From NCBI GenBank assembly GCA_964495755.1, contig CAZBXU010000001.1:14798-62993 (forward strand): a DNA stretch of 48,196 nt. The letters run 5' to 3'. Origin of the DNA: an uncultured Spirochaetaceae bacterium (GTDB taxonomy: Bacteria > Spirochaetota > Spirochaetia > SZUA-6 > DRHE01). The position numbers were made by a program, and so were the translations under genes. Shown here one piece after another: positions 27,963 to 36,069 of this stretch. Each line of letters starts with the position of its first letter. Position 1 is the first letter of the stretch. The notes under the pieces were generated by a model. That model was not told where the DNA came from, made no database searches, and saw nothing but the letters and a program-made list of their open reading frames with translations.

Positions 27963-29557
27963 TTCCTTCCCACGAATTTTCCTGATAGAGCGTGGAGGAA
28001 CTCCAAGTGATTTTCCATAACCTCAAGCGTTCGCTTGACCGCAGCGTGTTGACCCTTTAAGCGGAAGATTCTGCGCATTTCGGTGATGGCAGCGGCGTTA
28101 CATAGAAAAATCAGCGACAAGCTTTCAGAATCGCTCAAAAGCGCTTCCAAGCCGTCGCTGCCGGCTACAGCCTCTGCTATTTCTTCGGATCGCCTGATCC
28201 AGCCTGTCAGCAGTGAATCGACTAGCCTTAAGCGCCGATGCCGTGCAGGGTGGTCTTTCACCTCCAGAAGCGGTTCAGGGGAACGGTTCCCGTCCCGGCG
28301 AACAAGCCGGCCCAGTTCCTTTTCACTTATCTCCGGTATGCCAGGTAGTTCCGTGGCTGAGGGGTGCAGGCGACGAATCCTGGTTGAATCCGCCCTGTCG
28401 ACATCGGAAAACCAGCCTGCATAGGTATCCAGAGCTAGGTTGCTCCGGATCCCCCCTTCTTTCCTGACGGCGTGATCCGTAGCCAGTGAGAAGAGCTGGT
28501 GGTGCAGTGGTTGCAGGCGGTTCATCTCGAGCCAGTTTTCGAAGTTGTTGGGACGAGCGTGTGAAAAAATGTCCCGGTAGCAGAAGTCGAGTCCCGAAAA
28601 TACGACCAATCCTCTTCTCCGCTGCAGGGCCAGTACGAGGGCCGTTGCGGAAACAGTGCCCTGCGGCGGAGTCGAGGGCGCTTCGATTCCAGCGGTCTTC
28701 AGCAATATCCGTTCAAACGGGGCGTCCTGACTGAGCAAAGAGACCCGGGAACCGATCCGCCAGGAACCGCCGGCTGCGGATATCGGCATGGCCAGATGAA
28801 GGTTATGGTCTTTCGCGCATTGGAGATGACTGAAAGCATAGTAGCTGGGATCTGTCAGAATCGTCATGTCGGGAACCAAACCGTGTTCCAACAGGAAGGA
28901 GAGGGAAGAGGGCACGGCCCAGAGCTCGATTCGATCCCGGTGTAAGCGGAGGAAATCGATGTTTTCCTTAAGTGTAGGGCCCGAAGCCGCGATCACCGTA
29001 GTGTTTCGATCAGAGCTCTCAGCCAGCTGGAAAATCTTATCGATACAGATGAAATTGATCAGGCTGTTCCTCAGCCACCGCCTTCCCAATGCGGAAGTGG
29101 TAACCAGGCTTCCCCTGATTTCCCTGAGTAGTTGATGTATCGCCTGGTTTGTCTCCAAGCCCTGAGTCGGAAAGATACGCGCGCTGGGAGGCCATTCCAC
29201 CAATACCAATCCTTCCGCTTCCAGCTCGTGGATCTGAGTGCGCAGGAAGGTGAGCAAAGATTCGGATCTTCCGGGGTGCCAGAACATCCGTTCCGGCAAG
29301 CTTGTGCAGAAGGCATTGTGAACGGTTTCGTCATAAAACAGCGCTATTACCCTGGCGTTCGGATGGCTGCGCACGAGTTTTTCGTAGATGTAGCCGATTC
29401 CTGCACCGAGCAGTAGAATAATCGACGGATGCTGATCTTTAAGTGCTTGCTGGACAAAACGGCCGGCTTCTTTTTCGGGATCGTAGGGAGAATGAAGATA
29501 CGTACCGTTTGCGTAGGCGGTTCTATTCCCATTTCTTGTGGTTCTGATTTCCAGCAT
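27959..29557 (-). CDS. Maf-like (DUF115/MptE-like) protein, paralogue 1
   Basis: 532 aa with the same motif series as its neighbour (LLGAGIGY, ASGPTL, VPSSLSFLLEHGLVPDMTILTDPS, GTVSATALVLALQRRRGLVVFSGLDFCY). The start overlaps the upstream stop (TGATG). Confidence 0.7.
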   Translation of the reverse strand: MLEIRTTRNGNRTAYANGTYLHSPYDPEKEAGRFVQQALKDQHPSIILLLGAGIGYIYEKLVRSHPNARVIALFYDETVHNAFCTSLPERMFWHPGRSESLLTFLRTQIHELEAEGLVLVEWPPSARIFPTQGLETNQAIHQLLREIRGSLVTTSALGRRWLRNSLINFICIDKIFQLAESSDRNTTVIAASGPTLKENIDFLRLHRDRIELWAVPSSLSFLLEHGLVPDMTILTDPSYYAFSHLQCAKDHNLHLAMPISAAGGSWRIGSRVSLLSQDAPFERILLKTAGIEAPSTPPQGTVSATALVLALQRRRGLVVFSGLDFCYRDIFSHARPNNFENWLEMNRLQPLHHQLFSLATDHAVRKEGGIRSNLALDTYAGWFSDVDRADSTRIRRLHPSATELPGIPEISEKELGRLVRRDGNRSPEPLLEVKDHPARHRRLRLVDSLLTGWIRRSEEIAEAVAGSDGLEALLSDSESLSLIFLCNAAAITEMRRIFRLKGQHAAVKRTLEVMENHLEFLHALSGKFVGRK

Positions 29558-30636
29558 CAGACGATCTCGGCAAGAAACGTGAGTACCTCTTCAACATTCG
29601 CTCCAGGTATGCGCACACGTTCTTCAAGATCGATCTCCTCTTGATCGGCAAGCTCCGGAAGCAGTCTGGTCAGCGTTGCCTTCAGATGATACAGCAGCAA
29701 ACCCGGATCCCGTTCGGGAGTGAGGGTCACAAGAATGAGGATCCGTTCCTGATCGATCTGAAAAACAGGACCCAAGGACTGGAAGAGGGAAAGGATGACC
29801 CGGGCAATGTCCTCGCGCAAGCGAAAGGGATCGATATATGGGATTCGCTTTTTCACTTTTTCGATGATGTCGGCGGTGTTGACGCCGATCATTATTGGCG
29901 GCGCGCCTGCCGCCAGGCACGACTGTACAGCATCCCGAACGCTTTCTCGAAGAGATCCCGGTTTTTCCGGAATTCCTCGTTTTGCCGTTTCCAGGCGCCT
30001 CTCCCGTGCTTGGTAGAACAACCCGGCGGCGCGAACGGCCAGAGTCTCAAAACCACTCAGGTCGCTTTGACTGAAATCACCTTCCATCTCGGCGATCAAG
30101 AGCACTCCCATGAACTTATTCTCATGGATGAAAGGAACGAGTAGTAAGTTTTCAAGAGTGGAGAATTCCCGGAAGGAGAAGAACTGCTGGAATCGTTTCA
30201 GAGTGTCCGGATCTGAGAGGAAGAAAACCTTTCCCGCCGCCAGCCGGTTCATGGTTTCATTTGCGCCTAGAGGGATCCGGAGATGATGATTTGTTGTCTC
30301 ATCGAAGCCGTGGGAAGCCCAAGGAGCAAAGATCATGCGCACAGGATCGTAGAGCAGAAGCGCCGCCCGCTTCAGATTGAGTTGTTCTTTGACCAGCGCG
30401 AAGAATCGTCCAGGAGCTTCGATTCCGTCCTCCAACTCGCTCAAACGGGTCAATAACTCTTCCAGCTTACCGGCTGGCGAACCAGCGAGCTCCGCTTGAC
30501 CAACACTTTTTGTCGGATCGCTTGAGGGGGGAAAGACTTTTTCAAGGAAGTGAAGGCTCTTTTGTAAGAGTCCGCCGCTGAAATCAGCAGCGCGAGACGC
30601 CCTGTGAAATGAGCGCGCTCGCTTGAAAAGACCCAT
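29557..30636 (-). CDS. Cytoplasmic GAF-domain protein with a GGDEF-fold-like C-terminal region lacking the GGDEF motif
   Basis: 359 aa. GAF-like block (AALLLYDP..FAPWASHGF..LLVPFIHENKFMGVLLIAE). C-terminal block (IMIGVNTADIIEKVKK..REDIARVILSLFQSLGPVFQIDQERILILV). The start overlaps the upstream stop (TAATG). Confidence 0.5.
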   Translation of the reverse strand: MGLFKRARSFHRASRAADFSGGLLQKSLHFLEKVFPPSSDPTKSVGQAELAGSPAGKLEELLTRLSELEDGIEAPGRFFALVKEQLNLKRAALLLYDPVRMIFAPWASHGFDETTNHHLRIPLGANETMNRLAAGKVFFLSDPDTLKRFQQFFSFREFSTLENLLLVPFIHENKFMGVLLIAEMEGDFSQSDLSGFETLAVRAAGLFYQARERRLETAKRGIPEKPGSLRESVRDAVQSCLAAGAPPIMIGVNTADIIEKVKKRIPYIDPFRLREDIARVILSLFQSLGPVFQIDQERILILVTLTPERDPGLLLYHLKATLTRLLPELADQEEIDLEERVRIPGANVEEVLTFLAEIV

Positions 30637-32411
30637 TAGGCCCCCAGACCAAGCTCTTCAAACAGCCTTTTGTAGATGCCGAAATATTCGGATTGGGCGA
30701 ATTCTTTGATCTTATCTTCAGGGAGTGCTTCGAACAGTTGATCCAAATAGGAAAGTACCGATTTGATGTCTGACTGCAGTTCTTGGGGGAGAACCTGCGA
30801 ACTCGACTGGAGTTCGGGTTCATCACTCTCCAGATCCTCCGGTTCTTCCGGAATTGAAAGCTCTTCCGCAGCGAGCTCGAGATCTTCCGTATCTTCAGCT
30901 TCCAAACCCGTACCCTCGAGATCGTCGAGAGCCAGGACATCATCCTGAAAACTGTCTTCTTCCCCTGGAAGTTCTTCCAAACTTAGGGCTTCGACAGCTT
31001 CTGGTTCTTCAAGGCTAAGCTCTTCGATCTCTTCGAACTCTTCGACCTCTTCTAAGCTTGAGCCGCCATGCGGCTCTTCGAGGCTTACGTTTTCAAGTTC
31101 CTCGATTTCACCCAGCTCCGATTCCATAGCCGGTTCCGCCAGGCTGATCTCCTGGGCCTCTCCCAGCTCGCCCAGCTCCGAAGCGTCTTCAAGTTCCTCC
31201 AGGCTAAGTTCTTCTAACTCTTCTATCTCTTCGGTCTCTCCCTCAAGGGTCCCCAGATCCTCGTCGAGGCTGAGTTCTTCGATATCTTCAAATGATTCAG
31301 ATTCATCGAGTAGAAGTTCTTCTTCCTCGGATTTCTCACCGATATCGATTTCTATGGATTCGTCTTCCGCCGCAGACGGTTCAAGTTCCTCCAAGGATAG
31401 TTCAGAATCTTCCAGAGTCAGTTCCTCCGGCGGTGCCTCCTCCTCGAGATCCAGAGAGCCCAGTTCCATGATTTCCTCAGGCAGATCCCCCGCCGGAAGT
31501 TCCTCTTCTTCCAGGCTTTCCAAACTTTCCTCGGGCCCCTCGACTTCCTCGGTCACATCGGCGGTGTTAAGAATATTGTCAAGCTCGTCTCCAGTCAGGG
31601 CGATTGTCTCCTCCTCTCCCTTCTGGAAGAACCCATCCGAGTCCGCGTGGGCTGGTGCAACTTCGCCTTTTCCGGACGGCAGACCTCCCCTGGCCAAACC
31701 GGCAAGCTCGTTCTTGAGGCTCTGAATTTCCGCTTTAATCTGATTCAGATCCTGTTCGATTTTCTCCAGTAGGCTTGAGGATGCTTTCGCTGGAGTCTGC
31801 CCTGGTGTCGAGGGGACCTCCTCCACCGTAGCAAGATCTTCGTAGTGTTCCTCTACGATCGCGCTGTCTGAAAGCGGTACTTCTATATCCGTATCCGCTT
31901 CGATGTCGATACCGAACTCTTCATCCCCCTCCATCTCCGGAAGTCCTTCCATGGCTGTGGTGTCCTCCGGCACAGCGAGGTTGTCGTCGCCCAAGTCATC
32001 AAAATCGACATCCAGATCTTCGACGGTCAGGTCTTCTCCCTCTTCGTCTGCAAATGCGGCGCCCTTTCCCAATTCTTCAAGGTCTTCCTCGAGACCGGAG
32101 AGTCCTGCCAAATCGTTTTCGTCGTTCTCTTCCAATTCGCCCAGGAGTTGCTCTTCTTCCTCTGTGAGAGCGGATTCATCATCGGATTCCAGATCGGATA
32201 GTTCAAATGCCATGTTTTCTTCCGCCTCTTCTTCTACGTTTTGCGGTTTAACCTTTACCCACACACCGTACTGCTCCAAATTCTGCTCTGCTCCGCCGGG
32301 CGGCTCGGTGGTTACACTTGCGCTTTTCAGCACGTTGTCCAGTTCACTGTCAGACAGGGCAATCTTTTCCTCTTCGGGATTCAGTACGGGTTCTCCCTTG
32401 GTATTTGCCAT
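30636..32411 (-). CDS. Hyper-acidic Glu/Asp/Leu-rich repeat protein with a conserved-looking C-terminal helical domain; function unknown
   Basis: 591 aa. AGGAGA SD 6 nt before the ATG. Two copies of EE(K/T)IAL(S/T)xxELDN(V/I)L (aa 14-28 and 267-281). A central coiled-coil-like segment (LLEKIEQDLNQIKAEIQSLKNEL). A long EELSLEE-type repeat tract. Non-acidic C-terminus SVLSYLDQLFEALPEDKIKEFAQSEYFGIYKRLFEELGL. Confidence 0.7.
   Translation of the reverse strand: MANTKGEPVLNPEEEKIALSDSELDNVLKSASVTTEPPGGAEQNLEQYGVWVKVKPQNVEEEAEENMAFELSDLESDDESALTEEEEQLLGELEENDENDLAGLSGLEEDLEELGKGAAFADEEGEDLTVEDLDVDFDDLGDDNLAVPEDTTAMEGLPEMEGDEEFGIDIEADTDIEVPLSDSAIVEEHYEDLATVEEVPSTPGQTPAKASSSLLEKIEQDLNQIKAEIQSLKNELAGLARGGLPSGKGEVAPAHADSDGFFQKGEEETIALTGDELDNILNTADVTEEVEGPEESLESLEEEELPAGDLPEEIMELGSLDLEEEAPPEELTLEDSELSLEELEPSAAEDESIEIDIGEKSEEEELLLDESESFEDIEELSLDEDLGTLEGETEEIEELEELSLEELEDASELGELGEAQEISLAEPAMESELGEIEELENVSLEEPHGGSSLEEVEEFEEIEELSLEEPEAVEALSLEELPGEEDSFQDDVLALDDLEGTGLEAEDTEDLELAAEELSIPEEPEDLESDEPELQSSSQVLPQELQSDIKSVLSYLDQLFEALPEDKIKEFAQSEYFGIYKRLFEELGLGA
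30957..31424 (-). repeat. Intragenic degenerate tandem repeats encoding (E/D)-E-L-S-L-E-E-like units
   Basis: Protein aa ~330-485 reads ..ELTLEDSELSLEELE..IEELSLDEDLG..IEELEELSLEELED..EISLAEP..IEELENVSLEEP..IEELSLEEPEAVEALSLEELPGEE. The DNA is an imperfect GAA/GAG/CTC-rich repeat. Confidence 0.6.
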
Positions 32412-32443
32412 TTGTATCTCCTGGGACAGGATGTTCCATATAA

Positions 32444-32470
32444 TTATCGGAACTTAATCATCCCTATTAA
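32444..32470 (-). promoter_or_regulatory. Sigma-28 (FliA)-like promoter candidate for the acidic-protein/GAF/Maf/Maf operon
   Basis: The minus strand reads TTAA-N15-TCCGATAA, against the consensus TAAA-N15-GCCGATAA. The -10 element ends 32 nt before the ATG at 32411. Confidence 0.3.
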
Positions 32471-32474
32471 TCTA

Positions 32475-32502
32475 ATATTACCTTTCTAAACGCTTTTTTC
32501 AA
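32475..32502 (-). promoter_or_regulatory. Sigma-70-like promoter candidate for the same operon
   Basis: The minus strand reads TTGAAA-N16-TAATAT, about 65-90 nt upstream of the ATG at 32411, in an AT-rich divergent intergenic region. Confidence 0.3.
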
Positions 32503-32569
32503 TAGCTAAACTGAGCCTGGTTTTGACTTCTATTAAGGGAAGAATGTTTTTGGCCGTTGATATAGTAGA

Positions 32570-33013
32570 ATGAAAATTCCCCGAATCGTGATCTATATCG
32601 CCTTCAGTTTTGTGGTAACCTCCCTTTTATTCTTTTTTTTCGGCAGTGGGGGGCTCCTTGATTACGACAACCTTCTCGCCTATCGGGCCGGCTTGCAGGA
32701 AAACATCGTCGGTCTTGAAGGTACGAACGACGATCTACTCGAGGAAGTCCAAGCCCTGGGTTCCGATCCGGAACGCCTTGCCCTGCAGGCCAGAGAGCTC
32801 GGGTACTTCCGGGAAGGTGAGAAGGTGATCCGTATCGAAGGGTATAAAACCGGGAAGAGTTACTACACTGTAGGAAAGATACTCAGGAGAAAGCCGAAAC
32901 AGCCCCGGATGGATTGGCCTTTCAAGGCCCTCGGTCTGGGACTGCCGATCCTATTATCCTTTGTGAGTTTTTCCGTGAGGAGGCATAAGAACCGTGAAGC
33001 TGGAAATCGATGA
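32570..33013 (+). CDS. FtsB/DivIC-like septum formation initiator with an extra C-terminal TM segment
   Basis: 147 aa. N-terminal TM (IVIYIAFSFVVTSLLFFFF), coiled-coil (LQENIVGLEGTNDDLLEEVQAL), typical DPERLALQARELGYFREGEKV, then a second hydrophobic segment (ALGLGLPILLSFVSF). Confidence 0.7.
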   Translation: MKIPRIVIYIAFSFVVTSLLFFFFGSGGLLDYDNLLAYRAGLQENIVGLEGTNDDLLEEVQALGSDPERLALQARELGYFREGEKVIRIEGYKTGKSYYTVGKILRRKPKQPRMDWPFKALGLGLPILLSFVSFSVRRHKNREAGNR

Positions 33014-33566
33014 TCCGAAGCTTCTCGAAACTTTGGTCGACGTGCTGAACTCGAATGGAGTGGTGGTTATGCCCTGCGATACCATCTATGGACTCGTGGG
33101 CATCGCTCCGGAAACCGAAGACAAGATACGTAGCCTGAAGGGAAGGCAGGAGAAATCCTTTCTTCGGCTCATTCCCGACCTGCGGTGGCTTCCGCGGTTC
33201 ACAGCCAGCGTGCTGCCGGAGGAGTTGAAAGCCTATTGGCCCGGAGCGTTGACCGTTATCTTTCCCGCCGGGGAAGGGCAGACCGGGACGGTCGCTATCA
33301 GGATTCCGGATGATGCCCTGCTTCTGCGTGTGATGGAAAGGCTCGGAAAGCCACTTTACTCCACCAGTGTGAACTCGGGCGGTCAGCCAGCCCTGTGGCG
33401 AATCCAAGAGATCGTATCGGCATTCGAGGCAAGTGTAGATCTGGTTGTAGCGGCCGGAGATCGCCCTGCAGGTATTCCCTCTACTATCATCGACATAACC
33501 AGCAGGCCGTATCGGCTGCTGCGGCGGGGAGCGGTTGATATACCGAGCGGGTTACTGAAAAACTAG
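32994..33566 (+). CDS. tsaC: L-threonylcarbamoyladenylate synthase, short YrdC/TsaC type
   Basis: 190 aa. GTG start after GGAGG. Motifs PCDTIYGLVG, KGRQEKSF, SVNSGGQPA. Overlaps the ftsB-like gene by 20 nt. Confidence 0.85.
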   Translation: MKLEIDDPKLLETLVDVLNSNGVVVMPCDTIYGLVGIAPETEDKIRSLKGRQEKSFLRLIPDLRWLPRFTASVLPEELKAYWPGALTVIFPAGEGQTGTVAIRIPDDALLLRVMERLGKPLYSTSVNSGGQPALWRIQEIVSAFEASVDLVVAAGDRPAGIPSTIIDITSRPYRLLRRGAVDIPSGLLKN

Positions 33567-35905
33567 GGGAACAGCCTTTCGATTACCTCTTCCATGCTCT
33601 GTACCGGGTGAAAATCGATCCCTTTCTTGACGTGCTCCGGTATATCCGCCAGATCTTTCTCGTTCTGTGCCGGAATGATAATCTCTTTTATCTTGTTGCG
33701 TTTGGCGGCGATCACCTTCTCCTTCAAACCACCGATCGGTAGTACCTGACCTACGAGGGAAAGCTCTCCTGTCATTGCGAGGGAATGTTTTATCTTTTTC
33801 TCGGTCGCCAGGGACAACAGACAGGAGGCCATGGTAATGCCGGCGGACGGTCCGTCCTTGGGCGTCGATCCTGCGGGCACGTGAAGATGGATCTGATTGT
33901 TTTCGAAAAACTCCTTGTCCACCCCGAATTGTCCGGCGATGTGACGGACATAGGTGTAGGCGATATTTGCCGATTCCTGCATCACATTGCCCAGCTGCCC
34001 CGTGAGCTTGAAGCCCTCTTTCCCGGGATTGGCCATAGCCTCTATGGTGAGCATAGCCCCTCCCAAGGGCGTCCAAGCCAGACCTAAGGTCATGCCGGGC
34101 TGAGTTATTTTCTTGATGCCCTCTTCGTAGAAGATGGGTTTGCCCAGATGTTCTTCTATTTGGACCGTATCGATGGCGATGGGCAGCTTGAGGGTGTCCA
34201 AAAAAGATTTGCGAGCCAGCTTTCTATGGATCTTGTCCAGGGCCTTTTCAAAATTCCGCAAACCCGCCTCGCGGGCATACCCTTCGGCGATCTGCAGCAG
34301 CGCCGACTTTGAATATTTCACGTCATTTTTCTTGAATCCGCTTCGAGCCAAGGACTTGGGGATCAGGTATTTGCGGGCGATCTCCACTTTCTCGTCGTTG
34401 ATGTACCCGGATAACCTTATGACTTCCATCCTGTCGAGAAGCGGGGCGGGAATCGTGTCCAGAGTATTGGCTGTGGTGATGAACAGGACGCCGGAAATAT
34501 CGAATGGCAGATCCAGATAGTGATCTCGGAAGGCAACGTTCTGTTCCGAATCCAGAACTTCGAGAAGCGCAGAGGAGGGATCGCCCTGGAACGATACACC
34601 GAGTTTGTCGATTTCGTCGATCATGAACACCGGATCTTTGGTCTTGATGATTTTTAGTCCCTGAATGATCTTACCGGGCATCGCCCCCACATAGGTGCGA
34701 CGATGGCCCTTGATTTCCGCCTCGTCCCTCATGCCGCCGACGGAGAAGCGGAAGAATTTTTTGTTCAGTGCCCGGGCTATTGATTTTCCTACGGAAGTTT
34801 TCCCGACACCGGGAGGACCGACCAGGCAGAGGATCGAGCCCTTGCTGTCCTTCTTGAGCTTGCGAACGGCGAGGTATTCGAGGATCCGTTCCTTGACATC
34901 GTCCAGCCCGTAGTGGTCCTGATCAAGAATGTGTTTTGCCTGCTGCATATCCAGGTCCTTCACCGGGGGATTTTCCCAGGGAAGGCTGATGATCGTGTCG
35001 AGGTAGTTCCGGGTAACGATGAACTCGGAGGAATTGGTATCCATCAAACTGAATTTCTCCAGCTCCTGCTCGATCTGATCGCAAATATCCTTATCCAATT
35101 CCAGCTTGTCGATCACGTCCTTGAAGCGCTGGTATTCACTGGATTTGGAGTCCACCGGCATTCCCAGCTCTTGTTTGATAGCTTTGAGCTGTTCTTTGAG
35201 AAAATAGTCCCGCTGACTCTTGGATATCTTCTCATTGATCTGCTTCATGATCCTTTGCTGGATGGACATCAGCTCCTGCTCTTTACGGATAAACACCAGA
35301 ACTTTCATCATCCGTTCGTGCACATCCAAGGTCTCCAGAACTTTCTGCTGTTCGTTTCTGTCGATGTTGAGGATCGAAGTGATGAAATCAGCGATCTTTC
35401 CCGGATGGTCGATGTTGACCATATTGAGCCTCATCTGTTCTGAAAACAGGGGATTGTTCTCCGATACCTGCTTCATCTCCGATATCAGCGCCCGGGTAAG
35501 GGCGCGTACTTCGTTGGATTCGTCATTCTTGTCTTCAAGATACTCCGCTGCAACGGTAATCGGATGTTCCTTGTAGATGTACTTCTTGATACGAAAACGC
35601 TTGAGGGTGGAGATGAATATATTTATCCCGCCGTCCGGTAAATTGACTTTACGCACCACTTTTGCCACGGTCCCTACCCTGTGCAGGTCATCTCCGGTAG
35701 GATTCTCGGCGTCTTCCGTTCTGGTAAGAACAAGTCCGATGAACCCATGCTCGGTCATGATATGCTCTACCAACTTCACGTCTCTCTCGATCGCCACTAT
35801 CAAAGGGGTAAAGATACCGGGGAAGATCGGTGTCCCGGTAATAGGTAGTATATTCAATTTCGGGGGCATTACCTGTGAAGTCGGGATTATGTGCCTCTCA
35901 TCCAT
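33563..35905 (-). CDS. lon: ATP-dependent Lon protease (LonA)
   Basis: 780 aa. LON N-domain, Walker A GPPGVGKTS, catalytic Ser motif PKDGPSAGITM. Confidence 0.95.
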   Translation of the reverse strand: MDERHIIPTSQVMPPKLNILPITGTPIFPGIFTPLIVAIERDVKLVEHIMTEHGFIGLVLTRTEDAENPTGDDLHRVGTVAKVVRKVNLPDGGINIFISTLKRFRIKKYIYKEHPITVAAEYLEDKNDESNEVRALTRALISEMKQVSENNPLFSEQMRLNMVNIDHPGKIADFITSILNIDRNEQQKVLETLDVHERMMKVLVFIRKEQELMSIQQRIMKQINEKISKSQRDYFLKEQLKAIKQELGMPVDSKSSEYQRFKDVIDKLELDKDICDQIEQELEKFSLMDTNSSEFIVTRNYLDTIISLPWENPPVKDLDMQQAKHILDQDHYGLDDVKERILEYLAVRKLKKDSKGSILCLVGPPGVGKTSVGKSIARALNKKFFRFSVGGMRDEAEIKGHRRTYVGAMPGKIIQGLKIIKTKDPVFMIDEIDKLGVSFQGDPSSALLEVLDSEQNVAFRDHYLDLPFDISGVLFITTANTLDTIPAPLLDRMEVIRLSGYINDEKVEIARKYLIPKSLARSGFKKNDVKYSKSALLQIAEGYAREAGLRNFEKALDKIHRKLARKSFLDTLKLPIAIDTVQIEEHLGKPIFYEEGIKKITQPGMTLGLAWTPLGGAMLTIEAMANPGKEGFKLTGQLGNVMQESANIAYTYVRHIAGQFGVDKEFFENNQIHLHVPAGSTPKDGPSAGITMASCLLSLATEKKIKHSLAMTGELSLVGQVLPIGGLKEKVIAAKRNKIKEIIIPAQNEKDLADIPEHVKKGIDFHPVQSMEEVIERLFP

Positions 35906-36069
35906 TATTCGATTCCTCTTTTTGGGGTTTCGCTTATTATAGAAAAATAGTATTGCCGTTCGGGGTTGTCAAGCTGACCTACTGTCAATCCTGGGATCAA
36001 CTCATCAGCTAACGGGAACAGGACGCTTGCTTCCCTACAGCTTTCCCAATAAGATAGCAACAAGCGGTA

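Noticed and set aside
31354-32457. Ser-rich plus-strand ORFs (31354..31725 and 31903..32457) opposite the acidic protein gene
   Set aside because: They are the mirror image of the GAA/GAG/CTC-rich coding strand (TTC/CTC/GAG read as Ser/Ser-Ser tracts). They have no SD. The minus-strand gene has an SD, motifs and operon coupling.
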